64,000 nucleotides of DNA from the NCBI GenBank assembly GCA_051294375.1, contig CM119264.1, forward strand, positions 18,422,602-18,486,601. The letters run 5' to 3'. This DNA comes from Paraspadella gotoi (taxonomy: Eukaryota > Animalia > Chaetognatha). The position numbers were made by a program, and so were the translations under genes. Shown here in pieces: positions 44,103-56,870 of this stretch (position 1 is its first letter; each line of letters starts with the position of its first letter). Below the pieces are notes generated by a model. The model saw only the letters and a list, made by a program, of their open reading frames with translations. It was not told the DNA's origin and did not search any database.

Positions 44103-45507
44103 AATCAAATCGCGTGAACTTAGTCACATGACTATGCTATGACGTCATTGGAGGAGGAAGAGGAAGATGAGGAAGCGTACGACGCGGAAAATGAAGGAGG
44201 AACCAGAAGAAGCTAAGGAGAAGAAGGATGTTTGGAGCCAATCGGGAAAAGAGAAAAAGCTTTTTGTTGACTGAAATTCACTACCTCGTCATTTGCAATA
44301 CAGGAATTGTAGTAAATTAAAAAGATTGGATTAGTTTCCCTTATATATATCAAAGATCAGGTTTTAAACGTATTATATAGAGGAAATAAATGTAAAAAAA
44401 AATGACTTGTTCAGAAACACTAATAACATAATCGTGACTCGTTAACGGTTACATAGTTGCACATTGTTGCATATTTTTTATTTCAATTCTCTCCAATTCG
44501 AGTAGGACGAAGAAAAAGAAAATTTCTCGGACGGACGGATGACGAGAAGAGGATAGACGAGAAATGATTAAATATGATTATGGAAAATCGTTACCCGGGG
44601 ATGTTTACTAAAGGGTGGGCGCGCCTCACTAAGGTAAACAAACGCGGGCGCAAGAAAAAAAAAAATCTTGGAGCAACCCAAAAAAAAGGGAGGAAAATAA
44701 TTTTTTTAACCGTTTTTTTTTCTCTTTTTGCCATCGCGTTTTCGAGGGCTGAAAGGTCGGCGTCGACCTCGTTTACTGCGGCGGCAGGAAATGGGAAGAA
44801 AATAAACAAAAACAAATGTTATTTAGTCCCGAGTTTCTTTCCTTTTTTTTTTTTTTACGAACCGTGTTTCGACTCCGCTTTTTATTTAGATCGGATTTAT
44901 TTTTAGAGCGAGAGAAACGTTTGGCAATCAGGGACCGCCCCGTCAGTGCTAAAGGTTCTGTGAGCCGCTACTACTGCGACTAGTTTCCACTACTATGTCT
45001 CTCGCAAATCATTAATGATCCAACTCAAAAGAGGAAGTTTGGGAATAGAAATAAAGAACCGTCTCAAACTTTAGCCTTATACAAGTTGACGAGGAATTTT
45101 TGCTCAACGTTGTTTAAAGTGAGATTTAATGGGAAACCAGACTGTTTACATCGAACAAAGAAGAGGACGTAATGGTCACCTTAGCGAAGCTTTCGCGGGT
45201 TGGAAAGTCGCATTGGTCACAAGGGAATATTGAGACGCCTGAACCGGCCTTGTTTTGGATGGGATCCGTTTCCAAATAGCTTTCATTCCGACCCACTATG
45301 GAAAGTAATGGGGAAGGAGATAACAAAAATAAGATAAGGAAATCAATGGGGTATGAGGAAAAAAAATACAGCAGAAGAAAAACAAAAGCGGATAAAGTTC
45401 ACTCGTTACCGATCTCTCTGAAATGAAAAAAATGGATTCTTTAAACTTCCGTGTTTTTTCCCATCGACACTCACACACGCGATGAAATTAGAGTGATCGG
45501 AAAAAAA

Positions 45508-45907
45508 GCCAGGGAAAAATCCTTATAAACCAAATCAGTGTGTTGCGCCGCAGTAACTTTATTTTCAAGTGTATTTCTCGTGACATGACATGACATGACA
45601 TGACACGACATGACTACAAGTCTACAATAACTTTCTTAGCCTGTATAATGTGTAGTGTATATGTGTAGTGTATATTCATGATACGCACTGAATCGTAATT
45701 CCGTATTTTATTCTTTATAGTTTTAGGATTTCCTGAAGGCGGCGCTAGTAGTCCCTAAGATTTGAGTTTTTGTTCTGTCTTAACAAATGAGCAAATAACT
45801 ATAGGCAAATTATGTACATTAAGTGGGACAGACCGACGCACAGAAATACCGACCGACAGACCGAAAAGTGACTTATAGAGTTGTTCCGCAAGTACTCGCG
45901 GCGCAAC
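45508..45907 (-). mobile_element. DINE-1/Helentron-associated (HINE-like) non-autonomous element
   Basis: Subterminal IR gttgcgccgc/gcggcgcaac, adjacent internal IR (gttgcgccgcgagtacttgcggaacaac), GTC(G/C/T) microsatellite and a short 3' hairpin in a T-rich site. Homologous to 47591-47835. Confidence 0.65.
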
Positions 45908-46624
45908 TAAAAATAGGGATAAAAATTGAGATGGAGAGAAAAACAAAGAATCGAAAACAAAAGAATAAGGGACAGGAAATTAGAAAATCAGAAGCTTACT
46001 CAAGTTTCGAAAATATCACGTGCCGTCATGTTCAGTTTGTTTAGAAAACCAAATTAACTGTTATCTAATGTGTAATTTGAAGAATTGACAGTTTATCAGA
46101 ACCCAGATGAAGACACAACTATGTTTTTTAATTTTTTTTTATTTCTCCAATATTCCATTATCGTACGTAAATGTAAATAAGTAAATATGTAAATATTGAG
46201 TCGGGGGAAACCAACAAAACAGGATAAAGAGAAAATTTATTAGAAAAAAAGGAAATAACAAATAAAAAAAGAATGGATTTCTCGCTTTTTGAGTTTTTCT
46301 TCACAATTATACGTACATGTGAAGTAGAAACCGTCATCAATCTTAACAAGACCTCATTATCTTGTCTTTCACAAGACTGTTTAAGCCGGATCTAAAATTC
46401 ACTTTGTCGGTCCGTCGGTCCCACCCCAAAATGTTGTCTGTAGGTTTCGAAGATTATGTTAGAACGTCAAAATATGAGAAAATATACATTGTTGTAAACC
46501 TTTCTTTTAGTTGTGTTTGGTATTTAGGAAAAACAGTTTTTATTACTTCAAATCAACAACGATTTATTTTGACAATTTGAAGTAATAAAAACTGTTTTTC
46601 CTAGAGAAAATATACAAAAAAATC

Positions 46625-46810
46625 GATGTCCGTCCGTCTGTCTATCTGTCTGTCCGTCCGTCCCCCGTTAGCAACTAACTCCAATTACACGTGCTTGGAT
46701 GGATGAATTGGAATGAAATTTTGTGTGTGGGTATGAAAGTGTGTGATTGAGTTGGATATAAAGCTGGAATCGTGCAAGTGGAAATGAGTTTAAATGAAAA
46801 AAATAAGAAA
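46625..46810 (+). mobile_element. GTCC-microsatellite repeat core (Helentron/DINE-like family 2)
   Basis: Homologous to ~60032-60200 (tgtccgtccgtcccc..ttagc...aattac...aaattttgtgtgtgggt...ggaatcg...agtggaaat.agttta). Confidence 0.6.
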
Positions 46811-47116
46811 CTTATGAGAATCTGAAAATCTTTTAAAATTTGACGGTCGACTCGGGATCATAAACACGAATTTTGATTTAATTAATGTGCATAATTAATA
46901 TGGTCATTGTGGCCGTAGTCAAAAATAAATCTTCAAAAGTTTACTTGCTGTTTAAACATTATTTAAACTTGCGATCTTTTTCCAATTAATTTCCAGGAAA
47001 GTCAACAGATTTTTAACGCTTCACGTGTTTTTCCTAACATGTTTTCCCTACGCTTAGAAAGCACGATGAAAGCGCAGGTAAAGTTTCTGTCCAGTGTCAA
47101 CATCAAAACTTCAAAA

Positions 47117-47182
<66 letters not shown>

Positions 47183-47255
47183 CTTTCCCTCTCTTCCTCT
47201 ATTGATTTGGCAACATCCAAAAAACACTTTCACTTTTCCACATCCACGATCCAAC

Positions 47256-49318
47256 ATGACTGCCGACGCTCTAAAGGTGATCACCTTGGACGCCGCCCCC
47301 TACGCCTACAAAGAAGATGGCAAATGGACTGGCATCTGCTGGCTCATCTTTAATAAACTGAGCAAAGATTTGGGTTTTGAATACCAGGTCGAGGTTCAGC
47401 ATGACTACGACTACGGGAGAGACTCTGGCAATGGGACTTGGACCGGAATGATCGGGGTTCTGCAAAGAGGTGAAGCCGACATCGCCGTGCAGGTTCGTTT
47501 CCGATGGTGATTTCTCACTCAAACCCTGGTGTGAGTGAGATCCTTGTATGCAGCCCCGCTTTTAGTCGTATTCAGCATATATTGTTTTTAGTTGCGCCGC
47601 GAGTACTCGCGGAGCAACTCTATAAGTCACTTTTTGGTCGGTCGGTCGGTCCATCGGTATATCTGTCCATCGATTTGTCCCACTTACGTTAAAAACGCTT
47701 ATAACTTGCCTATAGTTTGTTGCTCATTTGTTAAAAATCAAATCTTAAAGAAATCTTCTAAACTATAAAGAATAAATGATATAAAAAGTAAAAAGAAAAG
47801 TAATGCGGCGCAACACCTTGGAATAACCGTTCCTTGTTATTTTGTATTTTTTACCTTAATGTAATGTTAAATAAGTAAAGAACCGCCCCTTCGCCTTCCG
47901 ATCAGAGTTTCACCGTGCGAACGGACCGCTCTAAAGTGGTTAGCTTCACGACTCCTTTCCAAGCGAGCGGAATGACTATCGGAATCTTGTCCGACGGCAC
48001 GTCTCATGGTTTCCTCACTTTTCTCACGCCTTTCTCAACGCCACTCTGGGTGTCGGTCCTCTTTGCTTATTTCCTCTGTTCTCTTGCTCACTTGTTATTG
48101 ACCAAGCTGGAAGAAAAATCAGCACGCGAGGCTAAAGAACGTGCCGGAAATAGAGCGAGAAAAGGCTTCTTCCACAGTGCTTGGTACATTTGGTGTATTT
48201 TGGTGCCGCTTGGTGGAGAGTCGCTTCCGGAAAGCGGAGGCGAAAAGCTGCTGACCGCTGTTTGCCGGGGATTATCGATCGTCGTCGTCGCTAGGTTGTA
48301 ATTTAGTGTTTTTTTTGTTTTTTTTGTTTTTTTTTTTTTGCATTGATAGGAGCTGTGATTATTGTATTGTTTTTTACTTCAATCTCCAGCTACACGGCAA
48401 ACCTGGCTTCCTACTTGACGAAGACTGCGACGGGTGATTCCATCCAGACGGTAGAGGACATCCTCGCGCGCCCCGACGTCCAAGTTTACATTTATCAATC
48501 CGGCTCAGAAAGAGCTTTCTTCAGAACAGCCCACGATGAGATTTTTAGGGAAGCTTCCAATCGGATGGAAAAGAATAAATGGTTCTGGAACGTAACCGAG
48601 GACATTGTTCCTTTGTTAAAGGCAGGAACCCAATCCTTTTGATTTATCGTAAACTTGCGGCTGATAGATTAATAATTAACAATTAATAATATAAATAAAT
48701 ATTATTATCAGATAACAACTAATTCAACGACTTTATTATCTTTTATTTAATTACATAGACGATTTCCCAACTAAAGGTCTAGTTTCCTAACTTTCGCATA
48801 GAATGGGGCGGCCGTCATTGTGGATACGGACATCCTGATGCGGCTTCGCTCTCAACACTGCGACCTCAACTTCCGCATCATGAGCCCAGTCTCCATCGAT
48901 CCCTACGCCCTTCCAATGAAGCTGGATCACCCCTTGCTGAACAACATCTCCGAAAAGATATTGGAGTATCGGAGCATCGGGGAAATCCCCAACTCGAACG
49001 CCGGATTTGACAGTTGCAAGAAGAATGCTCTTTCCAGCGTCCAGTTAAAGTTCCATAACATGAGCCTGTTGTTCCTCGTAATGGGGGTTGGAGCAGGGGT
49101 AAGCCTGTGCTCGGCCATTGGGAAGAAGATACAGGCGTGGGTCTCCGCGAGAAGGGAGGTACATGTAATTAATTTAAATTAGTATTTTTATTTAACTTTG
49201 TACCTGTTTAACATTTCTAATAATTACGTGTACAATTTAGATTGTACTACTAGTATTTATCTACCGCACACCGAAATTTGAACTAATTTACTTTCATTTT
49301 CAGGAGAGACACAATTAA
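47256..49318 (+). CDS. Ionotropic receptor (variant iGluR/IR family), ~410 aa. Predicted exons 47256-47492, 47906-48294, 48390-48621, 48802-49158, 49304-49318
   Basis: Spliced product has S1 (LKVITLDAAPY...WTGMIGVLQRGEADIAVQ|SFTVRTDRSKVVSFTTPF), pre-M1/M1 (FLTPFSTPLW), M2 (SAWYIW), M3 (VVVA|SYTANLASYLT), S2 (QSGSE..., VIVD....C, YALPM...HPL) and M4. Splice phases are all compatible. Confidence 0.88.
47591..47835 (+). mobile_element. DINE-1/HINE-like element in IR intron 1
   Basis: gttgcgccgcgagtactcgcggagcaac 5' palindrome, (ggtc)n, 3' subTIR gcggcgcaac (47805-47814) and a ggaa...ttcc hairpin. Partial copies at ~29146-29195 and ~35455-35505. Confidence 0.65.
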
Positions 49319-49659
49319 TTTAAAAACATTTTAATTAGTTTTCACTATTCTTTTTTTTTTTTTGTTATCATCAAATAAAATCAAATGATCCCGAAAATGA
49401 ACAAGATTGCAAATTTAGCGAAATATGCAGTTAAACTTCAACTTAAAGTTCAGCTTTTTATTTCACGCAAGCAAGAGACTGACACGGCGGTTTCCATACG
49501 TTGTCGGTCTTCTAGTGTGACTTCACGCTGCGCCTCGCCTCATCCCTTTTCAACTCACCTCACCTCGGGTCAAGTCGTCTTTGTTCGTGTCATTTCTAAG
49601 CTTATTTCTTATTCGCTTTGACTTTTTATTTTCTTATTTTTTTTAGGAAGGAATGTCAA

Positions 49660-49806
49660 AATTATTAATTTCTAGCGAATTAATGAAGTTAAGAATACGA
49701 AAGTTAATAATATTCAGTTCTAAATGTTAGGTCCATTTTTGTACATATCTTAATCTTTTTCACCTTCGTATTCTTAACTTCCTTAATTCGCTCGGAATTA
49801 ATAATT
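49660..49806. repeat. MITE-like AT-rich inverted repeat
   Basis: aattattaatttctagcgaattaatgaagttaagaatacgaa versus ttcgtattcttaacttccttaattcgctcggaattaataatt. Confidence 0.75.
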
Positions 49807-50583
49807 AATAATTAATTATTAATAATCCAATAAACTAATGTTTATGAATGATTTTTCTATAAGCTCTTTTTTGTTCTTTCGTACTTATTATTATAAAAAA
49901 AATTATTAATAAACATTATTTTATTGGATTGAGGTTTAAATAGGTTTAAATAGGAGGTTTAAATTTCTTCGTCGAAGAGAGACTGAGAGACGATGATTAA
50001 AGAATTGGCGTATGAGAGAATTCTGTTTTGACTCGAGGTAAGTCAATGAGGCTCATCCGACGAAGGTTTGTTAGATTGGAGGTTGAAATCTTTTGTGCCT
50101 GTGCCTCCGAGGTCTCGAGGATTTGTGCATATCTGTAGCCGCTCCTGCGATGGTAGTAGCTGGTAGATGTCAAAGGCCATCTTCCGGCCATTGAATCAAT
50201 CGGGGAGAAAGACGTGCTCAGGACGCGACCGAAGACGAGTCTTTCTTCTTCCGGTCGTGGCGGCCTCTCTTGACTCCTTGGTCGTCGTGCAGTACATTTT
50301 TTTCCTCATAAATACTTAATTCGATTAACTCCTCTAATAAGCCTCAGCAATATTCTAATTTTAGTGCATGCCTCCATTGCCTCATTGCAAAATTGTTTTA
50401 TTTTAGTATTACGATCGAGTAAAAAGAGTAAAAGGTAGTAAAAATCGGCTCGTCTGAATGCGATTCGACCCTCCCGCTCTTTCCAGAAGCCGTGAACAAT
50501 GATCATAGAGGGAGCACCTTCTGTCACAATGAAGATATCAGAGTCCAAAAGAAGCTCCTCCGGGGAGCAGATCGGTAACTGTT

Positions 50584-50680
<97 letters not shown>

Positions 50681-50844
50681 TCCCCTCATAAATCTTCCGC
50701 GATTTTCCTTACTCTATTTCCCCTGCGAGGCTTTTTTAAGGTCAATTTCTTGACCTTTTAGAGTAAGGATACTTGCCCCTTCTTTTTACGGTATTGTAAA
50801 TACGCTCGGTTAAATTTATTTTTTGTATATATATATATGTATAT

Positions 50845-51002
50845 ATGAAATTGGTACAACCAATATAAAATTATCCATTCATTTAATAAATAAGCTATCT
50901 TGCCCTTGACTTTGGACAGGCTTTGGTGTTTAAGGCCTCCATCACTCTTACAAGATAATTACATAGCAGGTCCCTGCAAGCTTTCAATCAAGACTCTCTC
51001 AG
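50845..51002 (+). repeat. Dispersed repeat family 'atgaaattggtacaacc' copy
   Basis: Homologous to 43606-43765 in inverted orientation. Abuts a (TA)n tract. Confidence 0.85.
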
Positions 51003-51387
51003 TTTAAGAGGAAAGTCATTCAGCATAACAATACGTAATCATTGATGTGTTAGAGCTAATATATCGAGAAATACATTATAGTCATCAGTAATCACAAAAA
51101 AATAAGTTCTTATTTATATGTAAACATTCCGTTTTCAATAATTTTTTTTAAATGGGTAAATAACAAAATTGCTAAAGTTAAATGGGTAAGCACATTTTTT
51201 AAAGATTTGTTTTTCAATCTGGTTTTAAAAAATTCTAGGTAAGAAGTTAAAACGCGGTATGGGATAGTTTAGAAGGGAGAAATTAAACAATTAATCTAGT
51301 TACTCTGTTGGTTTTCCAGTCATGAACAAAATCTTCAGTTAAATAGATGGTAAAGAAATTCGAGCTACAATGAATCTACACTGAATT

Positions 51388-51659
51388 TGAAGAGTTGCAG
51401 CCTAAAAACTGCAATAATATTGAATTAAAAATTTGATTTGCAATCTTAAAAACATTTATAAAATGTAATAGAGAGACATTTTTGATAAAAGCGTTCCAGT
51501 TAGAAAGAATTCAGGGTTAAAGTTTAAAAACGTTTCATTTTCAAGGATACAAGTTGAAATTTAAAAATGTCTCTCTATTACATTTTTCTAATTCAGTAAT
51601 AAAAAATTCATAAAAAATATTAGATGGATTGGCCTTTTCGTTTGACCTGCAACTCTTCA
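51388..51659. repeat. MITE-like nested inverted repeat
   Basis: Outer IR tgaagagttgcag/ctgcaactcttca and inner IR aaaatgtaatagagagacattttt/aaaaatgtctctctattacatttt. Confidence 0.7.
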
Positions 51660-54061
51660 GATAGGTTTCTTTTATTTTATAATATAATTAAAACCGATAT
51701 AAAATGGGGTAGAATGCATCAAATGCTTAAAGTGGATACATTTTCGGAATCGCCAGGAGCTCAGCTTTCTGAATTTGTACTCCATTTTAGCCTATTTTGA
51801 AGTTGAATTGAATGACTCTTTTCTTAATGAATCTATTTAAAAACAATCGAGCTTCTTCTCACATTTTTCTCTTCTCTCTCTCTCTCTCTCTTCTCTCTCC
51901 TCTCTTCTCTCTCTCTCTCTCTCTCTCTCTTTTTACCCTCTTATTAACACTCCCCGTCGCTCTCCCTTTCTCGCCAACATTCATTTGCTATTTCGCAGCG
52001 CTTCCCTTTATTCCGCAGTCTTCCTAGGAAGATGGCTTTTTTCCAAGAATCTTTGGCAAATGCAAAGATTCGCCCCCTCCAGCTCTTTGTTCCGCCTTAG
52101 AGGTGTTGGGGAGAGCGTTTCACGCCGAGCCCGGAAAGAATATGAGCCGCTTGCGTAATTTTTGTCTGGAACGAGTCTTTTTATGGTTTCTTTATGTACG
52201 GCAGCTTCCGTCGGAGCCGCTCTCTCAAGAGGCCCTTCAGAGTTCAGAATCGCTGGCGAGCTTCACCCCCTGGAACGACGACGTCATTTTTATTTCATTT
52301 ATCATGGACTGAGGTTCAGGTTTAAGAGTTGCATTATTTTTTGTAGATTTAAAAATAAATATTATTTATGATTTTATTTATTGATTAAAATTTTTTGTGT
52401 TAAATATTTAAATAACTGTTTTGGATGGAGACGTTAGTGTTGTCTTCTGAAAATAGAGGGTACATCTACACAACACAAGGTTAGATTACTTCCAGTTTTC
52501 TAATAGATATCGTACATCATTCCTGTTGGAAAATCTTTAATGAGAAACTCATAATATCTACAAGGCCGAACAAAAAAGGGGAAAATGAATAATTTTGGGG
52601 GGATTAACGTTATATTGTATGATTTTTTTTATCATAAGGATAAGACTACCTTGTAGAATCGTATGCTGTGGCGGTATATTGGGATACACAAGATTTAATA
52701 TGATATTTTACGATAAAAAGATTTTTTTCTTTTTACGGCTATTGCATTCAGCATCTATGACTCGATGACGAAAGGTTTCGGGTCCGTAAATCTTCTCACG
52801 CCGCGAGTTCATGCAACTCCACAATTTTTAAAATTATACCGGTATTATTAAACCTTTTTTACTAAAAGATGAGTCAATCATAAGTAAAAGAATTTTCAAA
52901 CAATACCAAGCTGACATACGTACTTTCACACAATTAAAAGATAAAACAGTTTCTATATAATTGGCTTCTTAATGAGTTTTCTAGTCGACGTCAGTCTCGT
53001 TCCTCCTCTCTTTATGACCTGACCTGAACCAACCATTGAAGTGAGCGGCGCCACAATTTTGAAATGCGAACACGAGAAAATCATTTTTATCATTAGGCGT
53101 TCTCCTTTCAGTTTTCCTTTTCAGCTTCGTACGTTTTACTTATTCCGCTCCTTCAGAAATTCCGTAAATAAAAGAAAGGAAGAGAATTCGTAGATTTGTA
53201 AAGAGGAGGTCAAGTTCTCCGACGATTCTCATGATCCGTTTCGCCCCGTTTTCACTTTCCTCTTTCTTCTTTCATCTTTTTCTCTTTCTATTCGTTGTTT
53301 TTTGTTTTTTTTTCTTCCCGCGTTTTTTATTCGTGCTTCTCTCTCTCTCTTCTTTACAAACTTATAGGTTTATTATTTATTAAAATCTTTTTTTATGCAA
53401 TTACATCATTCTCTGTTCCCTTTGTTGCATCTTTCCTTTCCTCCTTTTAAAGTTTTATTTTCCTCCCCTTAATTCCTCTTCTTCGTTTTCTCTCGCTGTA
53501 ACAGTACTACCGATTATTTAAATACATATCAATATATTTTTCTTTCTTCTCCCTGCTTTTTCAACTTTCTTCCTTTTGCTTTCTTTTTTCCTTATTCATC
53601 TCTACGACGATATATTTACCCTTGTCTTTTATATTTCTTTCTTTGTTCCCATTGAAAGAATCTTCGACAAAGAGCGGGTCAGAGGTAAAAATTGTCCTTT
53701 TTTCGTTTATCCCTTTATGTTTCTTTTCTCTCATTCCACGAAATCTGTCATCTTTTATTTTTTGTGTGAAAAAAAAGGAAAGCTAAAGTCAAAGAAGACA
53801 AAATTGGGTGGAAGAGAAAAAAGAAAGTCGGGCCAAGCCAAGAGCGTTCGAAGGCGGAGAAGAAAGAAGACAAGGCGGAAGTGTCGCATTGTGTTTGGGA
53901 TGTTTTTCGCGTCTTTGTTCCAAAGTCGTTCCTAGACTTTGGAGCTCGATTTGTTATTTGTTTAATTATTTTAGTGCATAATGTATAGACGGAGAAATAA
54001 CTTTCAATTAAAAAATATGCATTAAAAATTATTGACAAAGGAAGGAGAGGGAAGGAGGAGG

Positions 54062-54128
<67 letters not shown>

Positions 54129-54450
54129 TGGAGTGAGTGAGTGAAAAGATAATAAAAATATTATCAATATGAGCCGGATACTACAAGTGTTGCGAGTCGG
54201 ACCGAGAGCGAAATCCGGCGCAGGAGGTCGAAATCGGAAACGGATCATGAGGCGTCGTTTGAGGCGAAGACGCGTTGAGAATTTATGCGGATTCGACGCC
54301 GAGCAGACGAGGGCGTGGGGCCGTTGGAGTGCCGGCGCTGGCGCCTATGTATTGGGCGCCAAAGGAGGGAAGGGGAGTTTGTCTACTATGCGATTGGTAT
54401 AGTCACGCCTGTTTAAGTTTTTGCGTTGATATAGATTTCATCGTCTAAAT

Positions 54451-55938
54451 TAGTGTTCCGATAACCGTTAACAGTTAACGTTATTAACGGTTAAAAATAA
54501 TTTTAACTTAACCGTTAATATATTTATTTTAACGGTTAAATTCGGTTAATTTTCAAGTATAATTTTTGTTATGAAAACTTTGATTTTTTAAGAAAAAATT
54601 TTTTTTTCCTTATTCTCCTCCCTTTCTCACTATATTTTTCCCCCTCTCTCTGTTCTACATTTTCCCCTATTTTTCTTTGTTATTTTCAACCCTTTTAATC
54701 TTTTTCTATTTTAATCTATTATCATTTTTTTTCTGCCCTTCGGTATTTTTTTTACTTACTTTCTCCCAATTGTTTTCGTTTTCCCTTTCAGCTAATTAAG
54801 CATTTACATCAAAGAATATTTTGAAATATAATATGCATCTGCATATATTTTTTTGCAAATCAAATTTTTACATGCAATAATATTCTATTTTGCTAATAAA
54901 AAAATAATAAATCTTTCTTCTTTTACTTTTTTTTAGCTTTTTTCTTTCAATTTTTAAAATGAACAAAGAAGTAAATATATAAAGCCGAATGAATGAAAAA
55001 ATTTAAAAAAAAACTAAAATAAAAAAAATTATTAGAAAACATTTAAAAATGAACAATAGAAGGAATGAATCTTTGAAAAGACATTAGGGCTAACTAAAAC
55101 TATCCTTCAATGATGATATACTTTACTTTAATAAAATTAAAAAAAATATTTATTAATTAATAATCTTTTGATCAATCGATCATTTAACAATTCAATTAAT
55201 AAATTGATATTCATAAATTAAGAGAAAACAAAGTTTTATTTGTTTACAAAACACGCGGTTTTTTATTCCAAAAACGGACATTGTTTCGACTCTAGTGTTT
55301 TCCGAGTCTACATAAGCGCGTGAGAGTCGAAACATGTCCTTTTTTTTTTAAATAAAAACCTGTTGTTTGTAAACAAATAAACTTTGCTTTCACTTAACTA
55401 TAAACGTAACAAAAAGAAAAGTCTTAATACAATATTTATAATTATATTTATATTTATGGTCATGGTTTATGAAAGACTAACACAGAAAACATGCTTTCAA
55501 GAAACTAACAACTATAAAAATAATGAGGAAGAGAAATAGAAAAAGGAAAAGCAAAAACGAAGAAAGAAGAAAAAGAGAGAAAGAGAAAAGAAAATATACA
55601 GAATTAAAATTACATTGTGCTTTTTCTTTCATTGTCTTTTTTCATATTTTTATTATGCTATGAGGCAAAAAAAATTTATTATAATGCTGTTTTTTCAAAT
55701 CAATTTTTCTCATTTATCAACTATAATTGTACCTCATCTATCTGAAATAAAAGATAAAGACTATCCGTAGCCGGAGTTAAGGAGAAAAATACCATTAATA
55801 TCTTTAGTTAGTTTCAAATATTAATATTTTAAATTTAAAGTTAAATTATAAAATTATACCGATTTAAGCGGTTAACCGTTAAAAACGTTAGTTTAGTTAA
55901 GCGAAGTTCCTCAAAAATTAACGGTTAACGGAACCCTA
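54451..55938. mobile_element. Non-autonomous hAT-type DNA transposon (~1.49 kb)
   Basis: TIRs tagtgttccgataaccgttaa / ttaacggttaacggaacccta. Exact 8-bp TSD gtctaaat at 54443-54450 and 55939-55946. Subterminal aaccgtt/aacggtt repeats. No transposase ORF. Confidence 0.88.
55222..55392. mobile_element. Penelope-like inverted remnant with decayed type-I hammerhead motif
   Basis: Long imperfect hairpin (agagaaaacaaagttttatttgtttaca...tgtaaacaaataaactttgc). Minus strand reads CTTATGTA-GACTC-ggaaaacacta-GAGTC-GAAAC-aat-GTC. Plus strand has GAGTC-GAAACATGTC. Confidence 0.55.
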
Positions 55939-56458
55939 GTCTAAATGCCATCGATGTTGCATCATAGTTCCTGACTGCAGGCTCAAAACTTAAGCCTTTC
56001 AAAGGTTCATCAAGGGGAGTCAACCAAATAGCACTTACTCAAGGTGTGGCATGGTGCAACTGCAACTGCAGTTAAAATGCAAGAACTCCAAGAGTTGAAA
56101 AATTGTTAAATCAAACCATAATCCAAGATCAGAAACGGCAACTTCAGTCCTTCAATTGTCTCGTGTATCTGGCTGGGGAACTTCACGAATTGTGATTGTA
56201 TTGCGCTATCAATAAAATTTATATTACAATTGGTTAGAGACCTACCAAAGTGTTTTGGGGTCAGTTTTGGTGGCCTCTTTAACTGATCAATCTTCTACCT
56301 AATACTATTGTTTTCAAGTGCACATCCAAATAATTACAGTCCAAATAGACGTACTATTTAATAATAATCAAAGCTTGGGTGGCGGAATATTCACACCGGC
56401 TCACATCCACCATCCCAAGCGTTGCGTTCCATCCACAGTCCTCTGTGTTGGCAAAGCG

Positions 56459-56579
56459 AGACCGTCCTACGGTAACCGCGCCAGTGACAGGAGGCGTCAC
56501 TGAGGGTCGGAAGCCATCAAAGCCTCCAGTGAGATGTCCCATCCCAATGGGCATCACAGGCAATCCGGCTGTTGCCATA
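56459..56579 (-). repeat. Dispersed GC-rich structured repeat, copy 2
   Basis: Inverted homologue of 5508-5628. GC-rich sequence continues to ~56375. Confidence 0.85.
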
Positions 56580-56763
56580 CTTTATTTTTCTCCGTTCAAA
56601 ACCTTTTCAAAATAAGGACGCCGCAATTAACATCTGAGTATTTAACCGTTACAAGGACAAAAAACTTATTCGCACAATTTATTTTAAGGTAAATGACCCA
56701 GCCGGTCTTCGTCTTCGACAAATCTAAAAAAATGATAACCAATATCACCTTTTCGAGTAGACA

Positions 56764-56784
56764 AGATAGATAGATAAATAGATT

Positions 56785-56869
<85 letters not shown>
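56764..56869. repeat. (GATA)n microsatellite
   Basis: Seen directly. Confidence 0.97.

Positions 56870-56870
<1 letters not shown>

Noticed and set aside
52020-52320. GC-richer patch with a signal-peptide-like stretch and RRR (neuropeptide precursor?)
   Set aside because: No ATG or clear acceptor in frame and no recognisable peptide motif. Too speculative.
54169-54402. GC-rich 77-aa ORF next to the hAT element
   Set aside because: No recognisable domain or splice signals; not a transposase.
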